Positions 14,276-30,914 of a stretch of DNA of 64,000 nt are shown here, piece by piece. A program made the position numbers and the translations under genes. This DNA is from Blastocystis sp. Blastoise. Taxonomy: Eukaryota; Protista; Bigyra: Opalinata. The DNA is taken from the NCBI GenBank assembly GCA_039096225.1, contig JBBPEB010000002.1, forward strand, positions 868,001 through 932,000, given 5' to 3'. The notes beneath the pieces were generated by a model that saw only the letters and a program-made list of their open reading frames with translations, was not told where the DNA came from and did no database searches. Position 1 is the stretch's first letter; each line of letters begins with the position of its first letter.

Positions 14276-14474
14276 TTATTCAGTTTCTTTCATTAAGAAT
14301 TGAACCCAAAGATCAGAAAGTGAAGCATTTTCATCGATATCTACTGAATCTTGAAATGAATCTTCTAGATCACCCCATAAGAAACTAAAGAATGATCTTT
14401 TCTTAGGTTTTTTAGGAATAGATCTTTGTATTTGTGCTTGTAAACAAACACGCTGTTCATCTGTTGAAAGATTC

Positions 14475-14506
<32 letters not shown>

Positions 14507-15524
14507 TAATCATTTAATTGAATGATTTTAAAAGAAAAAGTATTTTATAAAAGAAATATATTTATATATATTATATATACTAATTTTTCCATTAATATTT
14601 TTAGTGAGGGTCCTCCTTCTGTAGCTGTCATATACGTGATTAGTAACTGACGCAGCATGCGCATCTCACAACGAGTACGTTCATTGGTTGATTGAGATAT
14701 AGATTGTTGTGATTTTAATATTTTACGTAATTCAAAAATTTCACTTTCCAATTTTCTTAATGCTATATTTTGCTGTTCATTACCGTTACGAATCATATCT
14801 TGGTACTGATTCTTTAAATTTGATATTTCTCCTTCACGATCATATTTAGATTTTTCAATTGTATGTTCTAGTTCAGCTATTTGTTGTTTGAGTGTTGATA
14901 TTTGTTGTTCATATTTACTAGTATTACAATCCACAACAGAATTCTGAATAAGAAGTTGTAAGTTTTTGATTTGATTATATGAATTATCTAAATCATCTTG
15001 TGTCATATTAAGTCTATCGTTAACATCTTTATTTTCAATTTCTAAATTTTGATACTCTAATAATAATGTATTATATTTATTCATGGCTTCTGCTAGAATC
15101 TCTTGTTTTTCTGTTTCTGCCAAATTAACCATAGAAGCACTTCGCTCTGATTTAGAGATATCCCCGTGGTTATTTGACACTAATGAAGCAATATGCTGCT
15201 TTAAACTCTCATTTATCTGACGAGAACTTAATATATTCGCTTTTAATCCTTCAATTTCGTTATTCTTCTGTTTTCCTTCCATCTCATACTTTTCGATCGA
15301 ATTCTTAAGTACCTGAATCTCCTTCTGAAACTGTCTCTTTTCGGTATCTAATTCCGTTTGTTGATTCTCTGCTTCTTGAACAAGTTTTAGTTGTTTATTA
15401 AAATCCGATTTTAATGTTTCATATTTTCTCTCAAGGGATTCTATATATATATCATTTCTATCTTTCTCTTTTTCTACCTGCTCCGCAAGTGATGAATATT
15501 TATTAACTAATGCCTTCTTCTCCT

Positions 15525-15557
<33 letters not shown>

Positions 15558-15795
15558 CTATATACATGATATAATAATAATCATTTTATATATATATATA
15601 TACTTCCAATATAAGTACTTTATTCTTCATGTCATCCATTTCTGTTTCTTTCTTTTTCCCGCCACCAATAATGGCGGCATAAGTATCTCCATACGAGAGA
15701 ATCTCTGTTGTGGCACGTGACAGATAGGATGGAATATCCTATATATATATATATAGAATGAATTTAATAAATCTTAAAATAGAATAAATAATAGT

Positions 15796-15829
<34 letters not shown>

Positions 15830-16096
15830 TTCGAAATTAACAGTTTCATCTTGTTCCAATATCCCAATAGCGCCAAATAATTTGGCGGCAGTTTCACATA
15901 TAGACGTTTCTTGTGATAATTTTTCAGATAATGACGCACGGAGGGATTGCATTGCTGCTCCAACATTTTCAGCTTCTTCTATATGATTTTGACACCAGTC
16001 TTTATTTTTGGCGCCAAGTGCTGAGGGTGGTGGCGGGAAAGGTTGAGGTCTTTTTCCAAGGTATGTTAATAAGGTTGATAATACTTGTTCCATCCA

Positions 16097-16183
<87 letters not shown>

Positions 16184-16222
16184 GCAAAGTAAAGGACAAT
16201 CACTACATTGATACATATAAGT

Positions 16223-16264
<42 letters not shown>

Positions 16265-17371
16265 AACATAATAATAATAAATATAATAAACATAATAAAT
16301 ATAAATATAAATATATACAGTTCCTGATTTGAATTCATTTAGTTGTCTTAATACTTCTGCCAAATTACTTTGAGAAGTCGCTAGTTGTTGACGATAAGAA
16401 GATAATTCATTCTATATACAACCAAATAAGCAAACCAAATAATTATAATAATAATATATACATAGATAAAAAGCTATAATAAGTTAAGAAAATAAAATAT
16501 ATAATTAATAATCATAAACATTAATATGAAAACATACATTAAAAAAAAACAATATTTCAATAAAATACTAATAAAAATTAAAATACCTGTAAATCATCAT
16601 TTTCTGCGGTTATTTCTTTTTCTTTCATAGAAGAATTTTCTTTATATATAGTAAATTCTTTTTGAAGAGAATCAAATTCACCTAGAATAATATAGAATAG
16701 AATACTAGAATATTATTATAAATAAAATGAATTTATATACTTTGAGAAACTAAGGATGTATTTATAGTTACAGAATTCAATTGATCTTCACATTTCTTTG
16801 TTACCTATGAATATAATTATATAATAAAAAATAACAAATAATCATTAAAAATATAATTAAATAATATATATGAAAATATCAAAAAAAAAATCATTAAATT
16901 ACACATATTGAAACAATCATAAATAAATATATATACATCATCGAGTTTAGTGGTTAATTCAGAAATTTGCTTGTCTTTATCTGAAATTTGAATTTGATAC
17001 GCTTTCTGAGCGTCAATCAACTTATTATCATTTTCTCTTAACTCTTCTTGAAAATTAATCACTCTTGATTTATACCTAAAACAAATAATATATAGATATT
17101 AATAGTCTCACCTATCCAACTCATCTTTATAAGCTGCTAATTTCGCTTTACATCTATAATAACATAGTTAAAAAGTGATAATCATAAATAAATTAAGATA
17201 CAGCTCTAATTCATCATTTGATTTTGAAGGCTCTTCCTTGAGAACATCTTTTGCTCGTAATGGTGACGGGGGTCTATTACTTTCGATATCACCATCAACT
17301 GCTTCGTTGAAAGCATTATTCAAATCGCCTGCAAATGATTTAAAAACACTCAAAAACTGCAGCGAAGACAT
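14276..17371 (-). CDS. Golgin of the GMAP-210/Rud3/TRIP11 type (coiled coil, GRAB domain, GA1 motif)
   Basis: Long coiled-coil exons; C-terminus [18 protein letters not shown]|[30 protein letters not shown] matches the GRAB plus GA1 (LWVxFL) pattern. Confidence 0.72.
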
Positions 17372-17808
17372 TTATAGCTTTAAATCGTATTCTTTTTGTT
17401 TCTAATAATCACATTATCAATTAAATTATTACTTATAAACTTACCAATATCTTATAAATCAATCACTTGAAGAATACCTATCAAATATAGACGAGCGTAA
17501 TGAATTAAAACACCCAAATCGTATGAATTATACACAGGACACTATTCTTCGGTTTCTATCCGCAGATGGCGTCAAAAACAAAAACCCAATAATTACGGGA
17601 AACTCGTTTAAAAACAAAAATTCTGTTTTTATAAACATGTCCGCAAAAGGCGACAAAAAGAGATTCTTGTAAATATTTTCATTATTACAGTGAATCGAAA
17701 AGAATTATCGCTGTTATTTCAGTTTTTCTAAATTCAAAAGAAGAATTTTTAATTCTTTTAATTCTTTCAAATAAGATTCATTTATTAAATCTTTATATAA
17801 ATAACAAC

Positions 17809-18860
17809 ATGAACACTATTTCTTCAACATTCTCTACATTCTTATCCGGAGATGAATCACTCATTTCTTCAACAATCAATCACATGAAAGTATATTCATA
17901 TCAATTACTTCATTTTTATGTTCTAAGGGCAAAATACTAAAAAACGATATATCAAATGAAGAAGCAGGTATTTTAATTCTACAGTTGTTATCAATCTTCA
18001 TAAAAATATATAGCTCAATTTTATGGCGATTATTTAAACTATTGTGCAATTCATGATACTAGCAGTGTTGAAAGAAATTACAAGCAATATCGTGCTTTTT
18101 GCCCAAATGATTCCAACGAAGAACGTCGTAATCAATTAAAAACCATCTATTTAATGTCACTCTTATCTGAAAACAAATTAGGTCAATTCCACTGCGAAAT
18201 TGAATTATTAAATGAAAAAGAGATGAATGACCCTTATATATCTTTCTCTCTTAATTTAGAACATGCAATATCCGAAGGAAATTATAATAAAGTATCTTGC
18301 TTTTTATTTATTATTATTAATATTTTATTAAAGAAAATTATAATATATGTATATGTATATATATATAGGTTTTATCATCATTTGATAATATTCCAATTCC
18401 CTCTCTTCGAGGATTTGTTGAACCACTTATTATTACTGTCAGGTATATATATATATATATATATTATTTTAATTTTATTTTATGAATAATATATATATTA
18501 TTATTATTATTATTTTATTATCATTTATATATATATATAGAAGTGAAATTGATGATTGTGTTCATTGTTCTTATCGTCAAATGAATATTAATACTCTTCA
18601 ACATTATCTTTATTTCAACACAAAAGATGAACTTCTTAACTATATACATGAAAAACACGTATATATATATATATTTATGTCATTACTATATACATTATAC
18701 TATTATTTTATGTATATATATATATACATAGCCTGAATGGGTACTAGAAAATGATATGGTTATATTTACAAAGAAACAAGAGAAACATGCTACAATTGAT
18801 ACTAAAACAAGTCTTAATAACTATCTATATTATTCTATGGAAACAGAAAATATTGTCTAA
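17809..18860 (+). CDS. RPN12: 26S proteasome regulatory subunit RPN12 (PSMD8), 6 exons
   Basis: LMSLLSENKLGQFHCEIELL..PYISFSLNLEHAISEGNYNKV..TVRSEIDDCVHCSY..YSMETENIV*. Confidence 0.9.
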
Positions 18861-19894
18861 TTACTATATTCATTTTATTATATATCCAACTTATTTTATT
18901 ATTATGTTCTCTGTAAGAATTATATTTTGCTTTGAAAGTATTTTTTTTTTGCTTAACATAACTTATAGAACTATTATGATGATGAGTCTTTCTGATCCAT
19001 TAAAAAGAATTTACTCATTGTATCTCTATAAATATTTAATTACTGAATAATAAAAACAACAATTGTCTTTTACGCCTATTTGAAAATCATTATTGATTAA
19101 CAAATGAAAAAAGACCTTTTTTAATAGTTTGTGTGTAAGAAGCATTTAAAAGGATATAGAAAGACATGAAGTATTCATAAAATACTCTATTACACAGTAT
19201 ACATGATTATATTCATAAACAATACATATCAGCAATTCTTTTTTAATCCCCAAAAGTACTTATTAAAATCTAATAAACGTTTTAATTGATATTATATTAA
19301 TTAGCAATCACTTTTTAGAGAGTCACAAAAATAATTTGAAAAGTAAATTGATATTGTAATTGTTCATCACTTGAATCATTTCTACTTTGTTTTATTTCTT
19401 CTATTTTTTATATTTCTTAAAACTACTCTTTATGTCTTCTATTCATTCAATAAATAAAACAGAGATATCTTGAATAAGACAAATCTTTTTAAAGAAATGG
19501 ATTTCAGTCATTTTTAAAAGTTCCATAAGATACTAGAAGAAGACCGTAACTAAGTACAAAAACAAAAAAGCAATCCTCTTCTAGAATGTATGCAGTTTGG
19601 AAAAGAATAAATTATTTGAAATCAAATAAACGTTATTACTTCAGTTTCTAAACTGTATAAAATATTAATAAGAAAAACGCATCAAAAGAAAACATTCAAC
19701 AAAAATATGAGTTTTTCTCGATTATTTCAGAAATTCATGTTCTTTTCGAATTCTATTGGGGATTAAGTGCTGAACAATTTTATCTTCTATACAGTTTATC
19801 ATTTCTTTTTAAATAATGTCAATTTCGTCATAAATTATTTATATTAATATATAATTATTAAATTACTTTTCTGTATTACTAAGAGAACATTAAG

Positions 19895-21080
19895 ATGAGC
19901 TATCAAAACACCATTTTCGAATTAATTAACCAAGCTAGAGGCGAATTTTCTTTCAAACGATATGATAATTGCATTCTAGCTTACAATTCAGCTTTGAAAT
20001 TTGCTGATTCCATTTTACCCGTATTATCGGATTCTGAGAAAGATGAATTAGAAAAGATGAGAAACGAATGTATGAATGAACGTGATTATGTTTTAAAGAA
20101 CATGAATGAAAAAATACTTGAAAGTTACCCTTCTGTTCTACCTTCTTCTGTTTTTGTTTCTTCTGAAAAGGATAATCATTCTGAATTAAATCAACCATCT
20201 CCATCCACTCATCAATCTTCAGAATCTATTCATTCTTCTGAATCTAATGGAAATCAAGAGAAACCAAATGATGATTTAGGTATATTTATATATTTAATTA
20301 TATTTTTTTAATTCATATATAACTTTTTATATATAGAAAAGAACATTAAATCTGCTATAAGTTCTTTCCAAGGTTTTTTATCTAATGCCGTATATTTTTA
20401 ATATATGCTATTTATACTATAAATACATTATATATATAGGCAGAGAAAACAATAGAAATGATCAATGAAACTAGTAAACAATATCAACAGAAGAAACAGA
20501 ATGAGACTACTACTACTTCTTCTCCTCCTAATAATGTTGACAGTAATAATACTACTAATGTTAATAACAATAATAATAATAATAATTCTGATACTATGAA
20601 CGATACTAAAGATAAAGAATCAAAGATTATTGATGCTCAAACTGCATTTTCAAATTATTTAAAACAAATTTCAGAAGTTGATAATAAATATCAATTAACT
20701 GAAAATACCTGTAAAGTATGTTTGTTTTGTATATTTATTTTGATTCATATTCTTATTCTATATAGTTAGCTGCTTCTGCTTTTCATGCATCAGCTGATTT
20801 CTTTTCTGAATCTCTCAAATTTATTAGTAATGAAATAGATAAGAATGTTGAAAAGAAGAAGAATAATCTGAATTCTTCTGAAAACAACCAAGAAACTGAT
20901 GAAAAAGAATCTCAATCTCCTAAAGATACTCATCCTATTTATTCTTCTCCTTTAGAGTATCCTCAACAACAATCAACTACTCAGAATAACTCTTCTCCTT
21001 CTACTTTTAACAATAGTACTACTCCTTGTCCTCAATCGAATCCTGATTCTATGCCAAATACTTATAATAATGAAAAATAA
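19895..21080 (+). CDS. Uncharacterised protein with an N-terminal MIT/TPR-like helical bundle, 4 exons
   Basis: Exons splice in frame (LG|EKNIK..NA|AEKT..CK|LAASAF..NEK*); INQARGEFSFKRYDNCILAYNSAL resembles MIT helices. The domain call is weak. Confidence 0.6.
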
Positions 21081-21553
21081 TCTCAAGAGAATAAACAATA
21101 ATTCTCTAGTTTATTTATAAAATTTATATTTATATTTATATTTTTTCTTTGAAATAGCGCAATCATTTGTGAATAGTTTCTAATAATCATCATATAAAGA
21201 ACGTTTAGTTATTCGATTATTTTCGTTAATAGTTTATCAAAGAAAAAAATATGTTAAAAAAAACCAAAATGAAATCAATTTAGAATATATAGTTTTTATG
21301 ATTCAAAAAATGATTCATAGATTCTTTTTAAAATAAAGAAATAAGTATTGAATCTTAGCATATCTTTTGAATCAAAACAAATATATACATTATCATTTAC
21401 ATATTCTACAAAGAAATTAAGTATGATATTCGTAAAATACAACATATTAAATAATAATATCTAAGTCAATAAAAAAACATAAATGAGAAAGTAATGAGCT
21501 TTAACGAAACTAATAATAAATGAAACATTATTTTAATTCTTTGGATTACATTT

Positions 21554-24500
21554 TCAGGATTCATTCATGGCTTCCTTTGTAGATAAACACATTGATTCTT
21601 CAAAAGAATCATCAGATGTCTCTTCTTGATCTGTTATATAATTTCTAGATACTATTTGAGAATAATTAGCATCTTCTTGATTCTCTATACTATTTCGTTT
21701 TTCTTCTTGTACAGTATATTTTTTGTTATTATCGTTAACTTGATGATTATCATGATCAGAAATCATTCCATTTGACTGAACACATAAGTCTTCATCAATA
21801 TCTATAAAACTACTATTATTTGAAGATGTAGAAGTATCAGAACACACAATAGTATTAGAACACTCTAATTTCGATATATTTGGCTCATTTTCATGATCTT
21901 CTTTCTCATCATTAATATCTATTCTATCTATTTCTCTATTATTACTATTATTACTTGAATCAATCATCTCATCGCTACTATCTTGTTTCTCTGAGTGAAT
22001 TATAGGAATACTTATAGCTTTCTTATTATTTTCTTCCTTATTACTATTATTATTATTTATAGAATCAGATAAACTATTTATAGAATCAGATAAACTATTT
22101 ACAGAGATAGAATCTCTTTTGTTATTTATACAATTCTCTTTATTATGATCATTTGATATATCACTACTAGCATTATCTTCAACAGAACATTCTTTAGAAT
22201 TCAATACATTATTTGCCAGTTTATATTTCAATACTAAATCTTCTAATTCACGATTTCTGAGAATTTGAGTTTCTAATTGTTCTTTGCATTGATCATATTT
22301 CATTCCTATATTATTCATCGCTTCTACACTCATATCATATTTATCGTCCATTTCTTGAGCAAGAATTGTATATTCTTCTTTATTATTATTTAAGGATATA
22401 TTCAAATCTTTTATTGTATCTTGTAAACGATCAATTAAAATCACTTTCTGTTCATTATTATCCATAACTCGTTTATTCTCATTAATTAATTCATTCTGAA
22501 TTATAGTAGAAAGAGATAATTGCTTACCGAGTTCTTGTTTTTCTTCTTCTAACACTTTATTCTGCTTTAAAAGTGTTTGTTTCTCAAGAATAATCGATTC
22601 ATTTAAAGAATTCAGTTGTTGTAAGGAATGACTCAATCGTTTCTCTTTCTCTTGAATATCATTATATTTATCTGATATTTCATTATATTTCTCTTCTTTC
22701 TCATAAAAGAGTTGCTTATAATGATCTATAAAAACATCTTTCTCTTTTATTTGATTCTCTAAAAGGGATATCGTAGAATTACATTCAAGAAGCTGTTTTT
22801 GACTATTTTTACACTCTTCACGAATATTGATTAATAAGATCTCTAATGATTTCTCTTTCTCTATATTCCGACGAAGAGACTCAAAGAGAGTAGATAAATT
22901 GGTAGTATTGTTATTATCGTTTTTTTCATTATTTTCATTATTTTTATTATTATCTTTATTATTATTTTCATTATCTTTATTATTATCTTTATTATTATCT
23001 TTATTATCTTTATTATTATCTTCATTATTATCTTTATTATTATCTTCAACATCGCTCTTCACATTACATAAATCATATTGTGACTTCATTTGATTATTCA
23101 TACTTTCTATCACTTCTAATTGTTTATATAACTCTTCATAGACTTCTGTTTTCCTTTCTAAATCATGCTGTAACTGATGATTATTAACTTGTAATATTTC
23201 AACTTCTTTTGCTTTTCTCTCTAAATCATTCTTTATGACAACTAGACTATTATTATATTCATCTAGTATATCTTTATGTTTATCAACAGCTATAAAATGA
23301 CTCTCTAACGATTCATGAAGATCTATTATTATTTGTTTATTCTTATTGGTCTCTTCATTTATTATCATTATTTGATCTTTCTGATCTTCTATTACTTTAG
23401 TTAAATCATTTATTTTATTTAATAGATCTACTTTCTCATCTTTCATGATCTCCAATTGTTCCTGACTATTATTATCTCTTATATAAATCTCTTCTTTCTG
23501 TATTCTTAAATCACTCAACTGTTTTTCATAGAATAAAGTTTTTTGATCATATTCTTGAACCTTCTTCTCATAATCACTTATTATTTGATTATGCTTATAG
23601 AGAGTATCATTCAATTTCTGTTTCTCTTCTTCTAAATCTGATAATTTCTGTTTTAATTCAATTATATCATTTGTTAATCTCTTATTGAGTTCTATATATA
23701 TAGATCTCTGTTGTGGTTCCTTTGTTAATTCTGAAGATAATTCAGTAAATGATAATTCTGAATGTATTTCTTGTGAAGAATCAAGAGGAGAAGAAGGAGA
23801 TTTATTCTGATTATTCATTGATATTGATTTTATATCAGAGATTAGTGATGAACTAGGAGTTGATATTATTGAAATATCATCATCTTTTGATAAAGAAATA
23901 GTATTATTAGATACATTATTAGATATATTATTATTAGATACATTATTAGATACATTATTAGATATATTATTAGATACATTATTAGATACATTATTATTAG
24001 ATATATTATTATTAGATACATTATTTATCCTTGAAATACTTTTATTATTCAATTCTTCAGTTACTATAACATTCGTATTTATACTACTTGTATTATCTAT
24101 ATTCAAACTATTACAATTATTATCTTCAAATTGATCTATTTCTTTTATTTCATATTGTTCATTATCATTATCATTTTCTTTATCACTACAACTCACATTA
24201 TCATCTGCATTTCTATTATTTATACATTCACTCTCATATTTATCTCCATGATCCTCTTTATATATTTCTATATCATTCTTATCATTCTTACTAACCATAT
24301 CTATGAATATGTTCTCGTTACTCAATATACTATTTTCATTTCTATTCTTCTGAAGTTCAGTTTCTAATAAATGAATTTCACTTCTTAAGGATTCAATAAG
24401 AACTGATTTACTATGAATATCATCCTTATATTCTTTCACTTGTTTCTCATAATCTTTATTCAATATCATTTTCTCTTCAATATTACTTTTCTCTTTCTTT

Positions 24501-27500
24501 ATTAACTCGTATTGCTTCTTTAATACTTCAAATGATTCTTCTCTATCAGTGTATTTCTTTATATATTCATCTCTCTTTTCTTCCACATTTTTCTGATTAT
24601 TCTCTTTTTGCTTAATTAAATCACATAACATATGATTCTTATTTTGAAGAGATACTATTTCTTCCTTTTTCACATTGATTTCATTATTCATTTGAATCAC
24701 AGTAGTACTCAATTCATTTCTTAATAATTCCTTCTCATTCAATTTTACTTGTAAATTGTTTATTTGATTTATATATTGTTCTTTATTCTCATTCAATCTA
24801 TTTTCTAATTCTGTATATGTAGATATCATTTCCTCATTTTCTTTCTTAAGTATTTGTAATTCATTCTTCAACTTATCATTCTCTTCAATCACAGAATCAT
24901 TAATACTTTTATTCTGTAAATGAGTTTTCTTAAATATTTCAATATTTGAAATTAATTGCTGATTTTCTTCTTCTAATTCTTTTTGCTTTTTCTCTTGTTC
25001 TATAATACTAGCTTTCTCATTAGATAATTGATTACTTATATTGACTAGCTCTTTATATTGATTAGTAATTAACTGAAGTTTTTCATTTTGATTCTTATTA
25101 TCTATTTCTAAAGATTGAGTATACTTTTGAAACTCAATACATCTAGCTTGGAGATTCTCGGTAGTTATTTCATGCTGTTGTAATTGCTCCCATAAATCGT
25201 TTATTTTTATATCTTTCTTCTTAGAACTATCTATATATTTATTTAATAATTCAGATTGAGATTCATATTCATTTCGAAGTTGAATATATAAATGCTTATA
25301 ATACTTTTTATTTTCTTTTACTTTTTCAGAAGATAAATCTACTGTTGTATTTCTATTTTCATTATCATAAGAAATATTCTGTTGTTTGTTATTTATATCA
25401 TTATAATTGTCTTGATTTAATGAAATATTACGTGTAGAGAAAGAAGAAGAAGAAGAAGAAGAAGATAATGATGATGAAGAAATATATGAATCTGCATATA
25501 AAGTAGGATATCGATTATTATATACTGAAGAAGATGTTTGTGATAATGATGACGAAGGTGTTGTCATATTATTCGTTGAATAATGATATCTTGGAGTTGT
25601 TTGTTTTATATTATTATTTATTAATGTAGATTTTGAGACTGGTTGAGATCTAGAATTTATATTAGTATTATTATCATTAGTATCAAATGATGAAGAAAGA
25701 TTCGTATTATTTTGAATAGATGCTGCAATAGATGGAGAAGAAAAGGATCGAATAGAATTCATATCATTATTGTTGATCGATTTATTCTTCTTTTTATATG
25801 TAGCTTCATTCTTATTATAATGGTTTATGTTGTCATTTGAATACATAGAATCATTATTATTTGGAGTGTTAATATCATTTTGATTATTATTATTATTTAG
25901 TGAGAAGAGAGGAAGAGAATTAGATGTTGTATACTATAGAAAAAAATATAATATAGAATAATTTATTAAATATAATAATAAATATACATTATTCATATTG
26001 TTTTTATATTGTTCTCTAGAATTAGTATTAGTTTGAGAGATACATGGAGCAGAAGAAGAAGATGATGGTGATGGATCATCAAATATTGAATTAATAGTTG
26101 TGGTAGTAGTTGATAATAAAGATGATTTCTGTGTAGAGGATGATGTTGGTTTCTGATGAGTGTTATGTATATCAATAATAGATAAAGGATCTATAAGTGT
26201 AGTTGGAGGAGGAGGAGGAGGAGAGGAAGAATAAGTAGAAATATTATTATATGTATCTAAAGATATATTTGAAGAAATATTCTTTCTTAATGATAATGGA
26301 ATAGAACTTATAGACATTGAAGATTGATTATTAACTATAGAAGGAGAAGGAGATGTATATGTATTCATAGATAAAGATTCTTTTGAATTATTCTTCTTTT
26401 TTTCTAGTTCTATTTTATTCTTTGATATAGTATTTTCATTCATTTCAATCACATCTACAGTTCCAAAAGATACTCTCTTTTGACTTGGTTTTCTTGTATT
26501 CATTAATGTTGGTGATAAAGGAAGAATAGATGATGAAATATTTACTGATGGTGATTGAGATAGAATAGTTGATTCAAGAGACTGAGAGAGAGTTGATGAT
26601 AATGATGAATTAGTAGTATTAGAAGAAGAAGAAGAAGAAGAAGAAGAAGAAGAAGAAGAATTCTTTGAGTGAATAGGTAATGGAGAAAAAGAGAGAGGAG
26701 GAGGAAGAGAAGAAGGAAGAGATGAAGTTGATAAAGAAAGAGATTGTGATGATTGCTTAGAGAGAGAAAGTGTAGAATCTTGAGATGATATATTAGTGAT
26801 ATTTGTTTGATTATTACTTGAAATGAATTGTTTCTGTTGATTTAATAATAATAGATTCGAAATATCCATAGGTAAAGATATACTTTGACTATTTTCTGAA
26901 TTTTGCTGATTATTTTGAATTGTAGATTCAGAAGATAATGAATTTCTAGTTAAAGAAGGAGAAGACAATGTTGAATATAATGAGTTCTCAAAGAAGATTT
27001 CATATTGCTATAAAAATGAAATAGGAAATATACTAGATATTATATATATATACATATAAGAATCCAGAAGATGTCATAAAATAAATAATATTATCAATAT
27101 AATTGATAGAAATAATCAGTTCATTGTTTTGAAATAAATTGGAAAAGATTATCTTATTATTCTTAAAATCAAATATCTATATATAGAATAAGATAAATTT
27201 ATAAATAGATAAACGTAAAATAATCATAAAATAATATATAGATATAAAAAAAGGATTTAAAAAAGGCAATTTAGATATTAAAAGTATTATTTATAAAAGA
27301 ATATATAGATAAAAAATATTTATAAAAAATATATAAAAAAATATTATATAAAAGAATATATAGATATAAAATAATCATAAAGACTACCTTAAAAGCAGTT
27401 TGATCTTGTATATATGCAAGATATCCGTGAATAAGACAAACTGTAGTGATTGATGATTCAATTGAAGATATTAAAATAGATAGACATTCACAATTATATA

Positions 27501-28501
27501 TGCATTTATATGTATTCACATCATATACCTATATAATATTATCCATAAGGGAATATTCATAATATATAAATAAAGAAGAGATATACTTGAAAATGATTCT
27601 CATTTGTCACTAGGATAAGAAGGAGTTCTGAACTAATTATATAATGAATACCTTCATTTATATGAAGAACTACTGATAAATCATTATATTCTTTGTTTAT
27701 TGTCTATATATACATATTAATTAAATGATTCTTATTAGATCTCTATTAAAATAAATATATGTATTTATATATATACATATTAATTAAATGATTATTATTA
27801 GATCTCTATTAAAATAAATATATATACATATATAATTCCAGAAGAAGTATATAGAATAAGAGAAGATAATGTTTGTTTAGAAGAGTTTTGATTGATTGAA
27901 AGAATCCTTTGAATACTATAATGTTCAATAGAAAATGAAAATATAACTTGATCCGTAACACAATTCAATCCCTATATATATATTAATAGTAAATGTATTA
28001 ATATATAGATATAATAAAGTGTTGTATATACTGTTAACCTAGAATAATTTTCATTTAATATCCGTATATTATTCTCATAGAATATTGATGTGCATTTGCG
28101 ATATATTTCTTTGAGAAGTCGAACAGAAAAGTTGTTTTTATAAGAAATGACCTAAACAACATATTAGTATTTATTAATTTAAAAACAATATTTTTATATT
28201 AGGAATTAATTTATATACCAGTATTTGCCCATTTCCTAGAAGAAACGAAGATTCATTTTCATTTATACAAAAACTTTTTATTGATTGATTGCAATCATAA
28301 GAAAAAAGTACAGAAAGATCACTTGCTTGTATAAACTATAAAGTAATTGAATAAATTATAAACTGAATAAGTAATTCAAGATATAAATACCTTTATAATT
28401 GAATGATCTCCAACACAAACCAAGTAATTCGCTACTTGTTGAGTTTCTAAGGAAACATCATTAAAAAATTGATTCTTTTTTATTTCTTTCCACGTAGTCA
28501 T
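21554..28501 (-). CDS. Very large (about 2100 aa) protein: beta-strand-rich, propeller-like N-terminus, Ser/Pro-rich linker with an RVxF motif, long coiled coil
   Basis: Seven short 5' exons from ATG 28501 (MTTWKEIKK..) splice in frame into ORFs 25934..26968 and 21554..25846. Confidence 0.75.
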
Positions 28502-29270
28502 GATGTTCGAATAATAAATAAATAAACACTAAATAGAATAGATATCATCTTTTGATAAAAGAGATTTCATAGATCAAAAACATGGAGATTATTTTTTATT
28601 GGATATTTTACACATGCAGAAAAAAACAATAAATCCGTATTTTTGTTATCTACTTATTGTCATTTATGACATTCATTAAAATGACTTTTATAAGCAGAGA
28701 AATACTGATGAAAGCAAGTACAATATACTAGAGGAGAATTATAATAACGCAGAAAGAAAAAAAACATTTTTATCAATAATGAAGAGAATATATTATTCTA
28801 CTTATTGAGTAGATTTGAAAGATTCTGTACAGTATGATCTATTGTTTTTGACATAAAAGGAGAACAACTAAGATAGTATTTGTTGGAAAATATTTAGAAT
28901 AGGTGTTTTAGTATCTGTATCATTCTGTATTTATCAAGCATTTCTTTTGGAACTCTAAAAACTATAATAGAACATAAATGAAAATGAATTATATATATTA
29001 AGAAGGTATAATAGCATTCATATTCGTTTTAAGATACTCTTACAATTACAGGCATATGTATTTATCATTAAAAATAGAGAAGACTCTCTAGTCGAGGAAT
29101 AAAAAGAAGAAAAGTCAGTTTCTAAAAAAATGGAAACAGTTTAGAATTGTGATTATTTCTCTTTTTGACAGTGAAAATCGTCGAATTCTCAATAATAGAA
29201 TATTCTCCTTCCTGAATACTTTTTTTATACACCTTCTATATTTTACTAATTATCATTCTAAATAAGCAAT

Positions 29271-30689
<1,419 letters not shown>

Positions 30690-30914
30690 AATAATTTATA
30701 TATATTTAAATCATAATATTATTCATTATTTCCAATGAATTTAAGTTATATTAGTTCCTCAATCTTTTTTTGTTTACATCATTCTTCTTATCTACACAAG
30801 TTAAATACTAGAATTGTTCATTTATTCACAGTTATGTTTTTTTTAATATAAAAATACAAAACAATATAGTTTTACACAATTATTTTGGTATATAAAATGA
30901 ATATAACTATAGAA

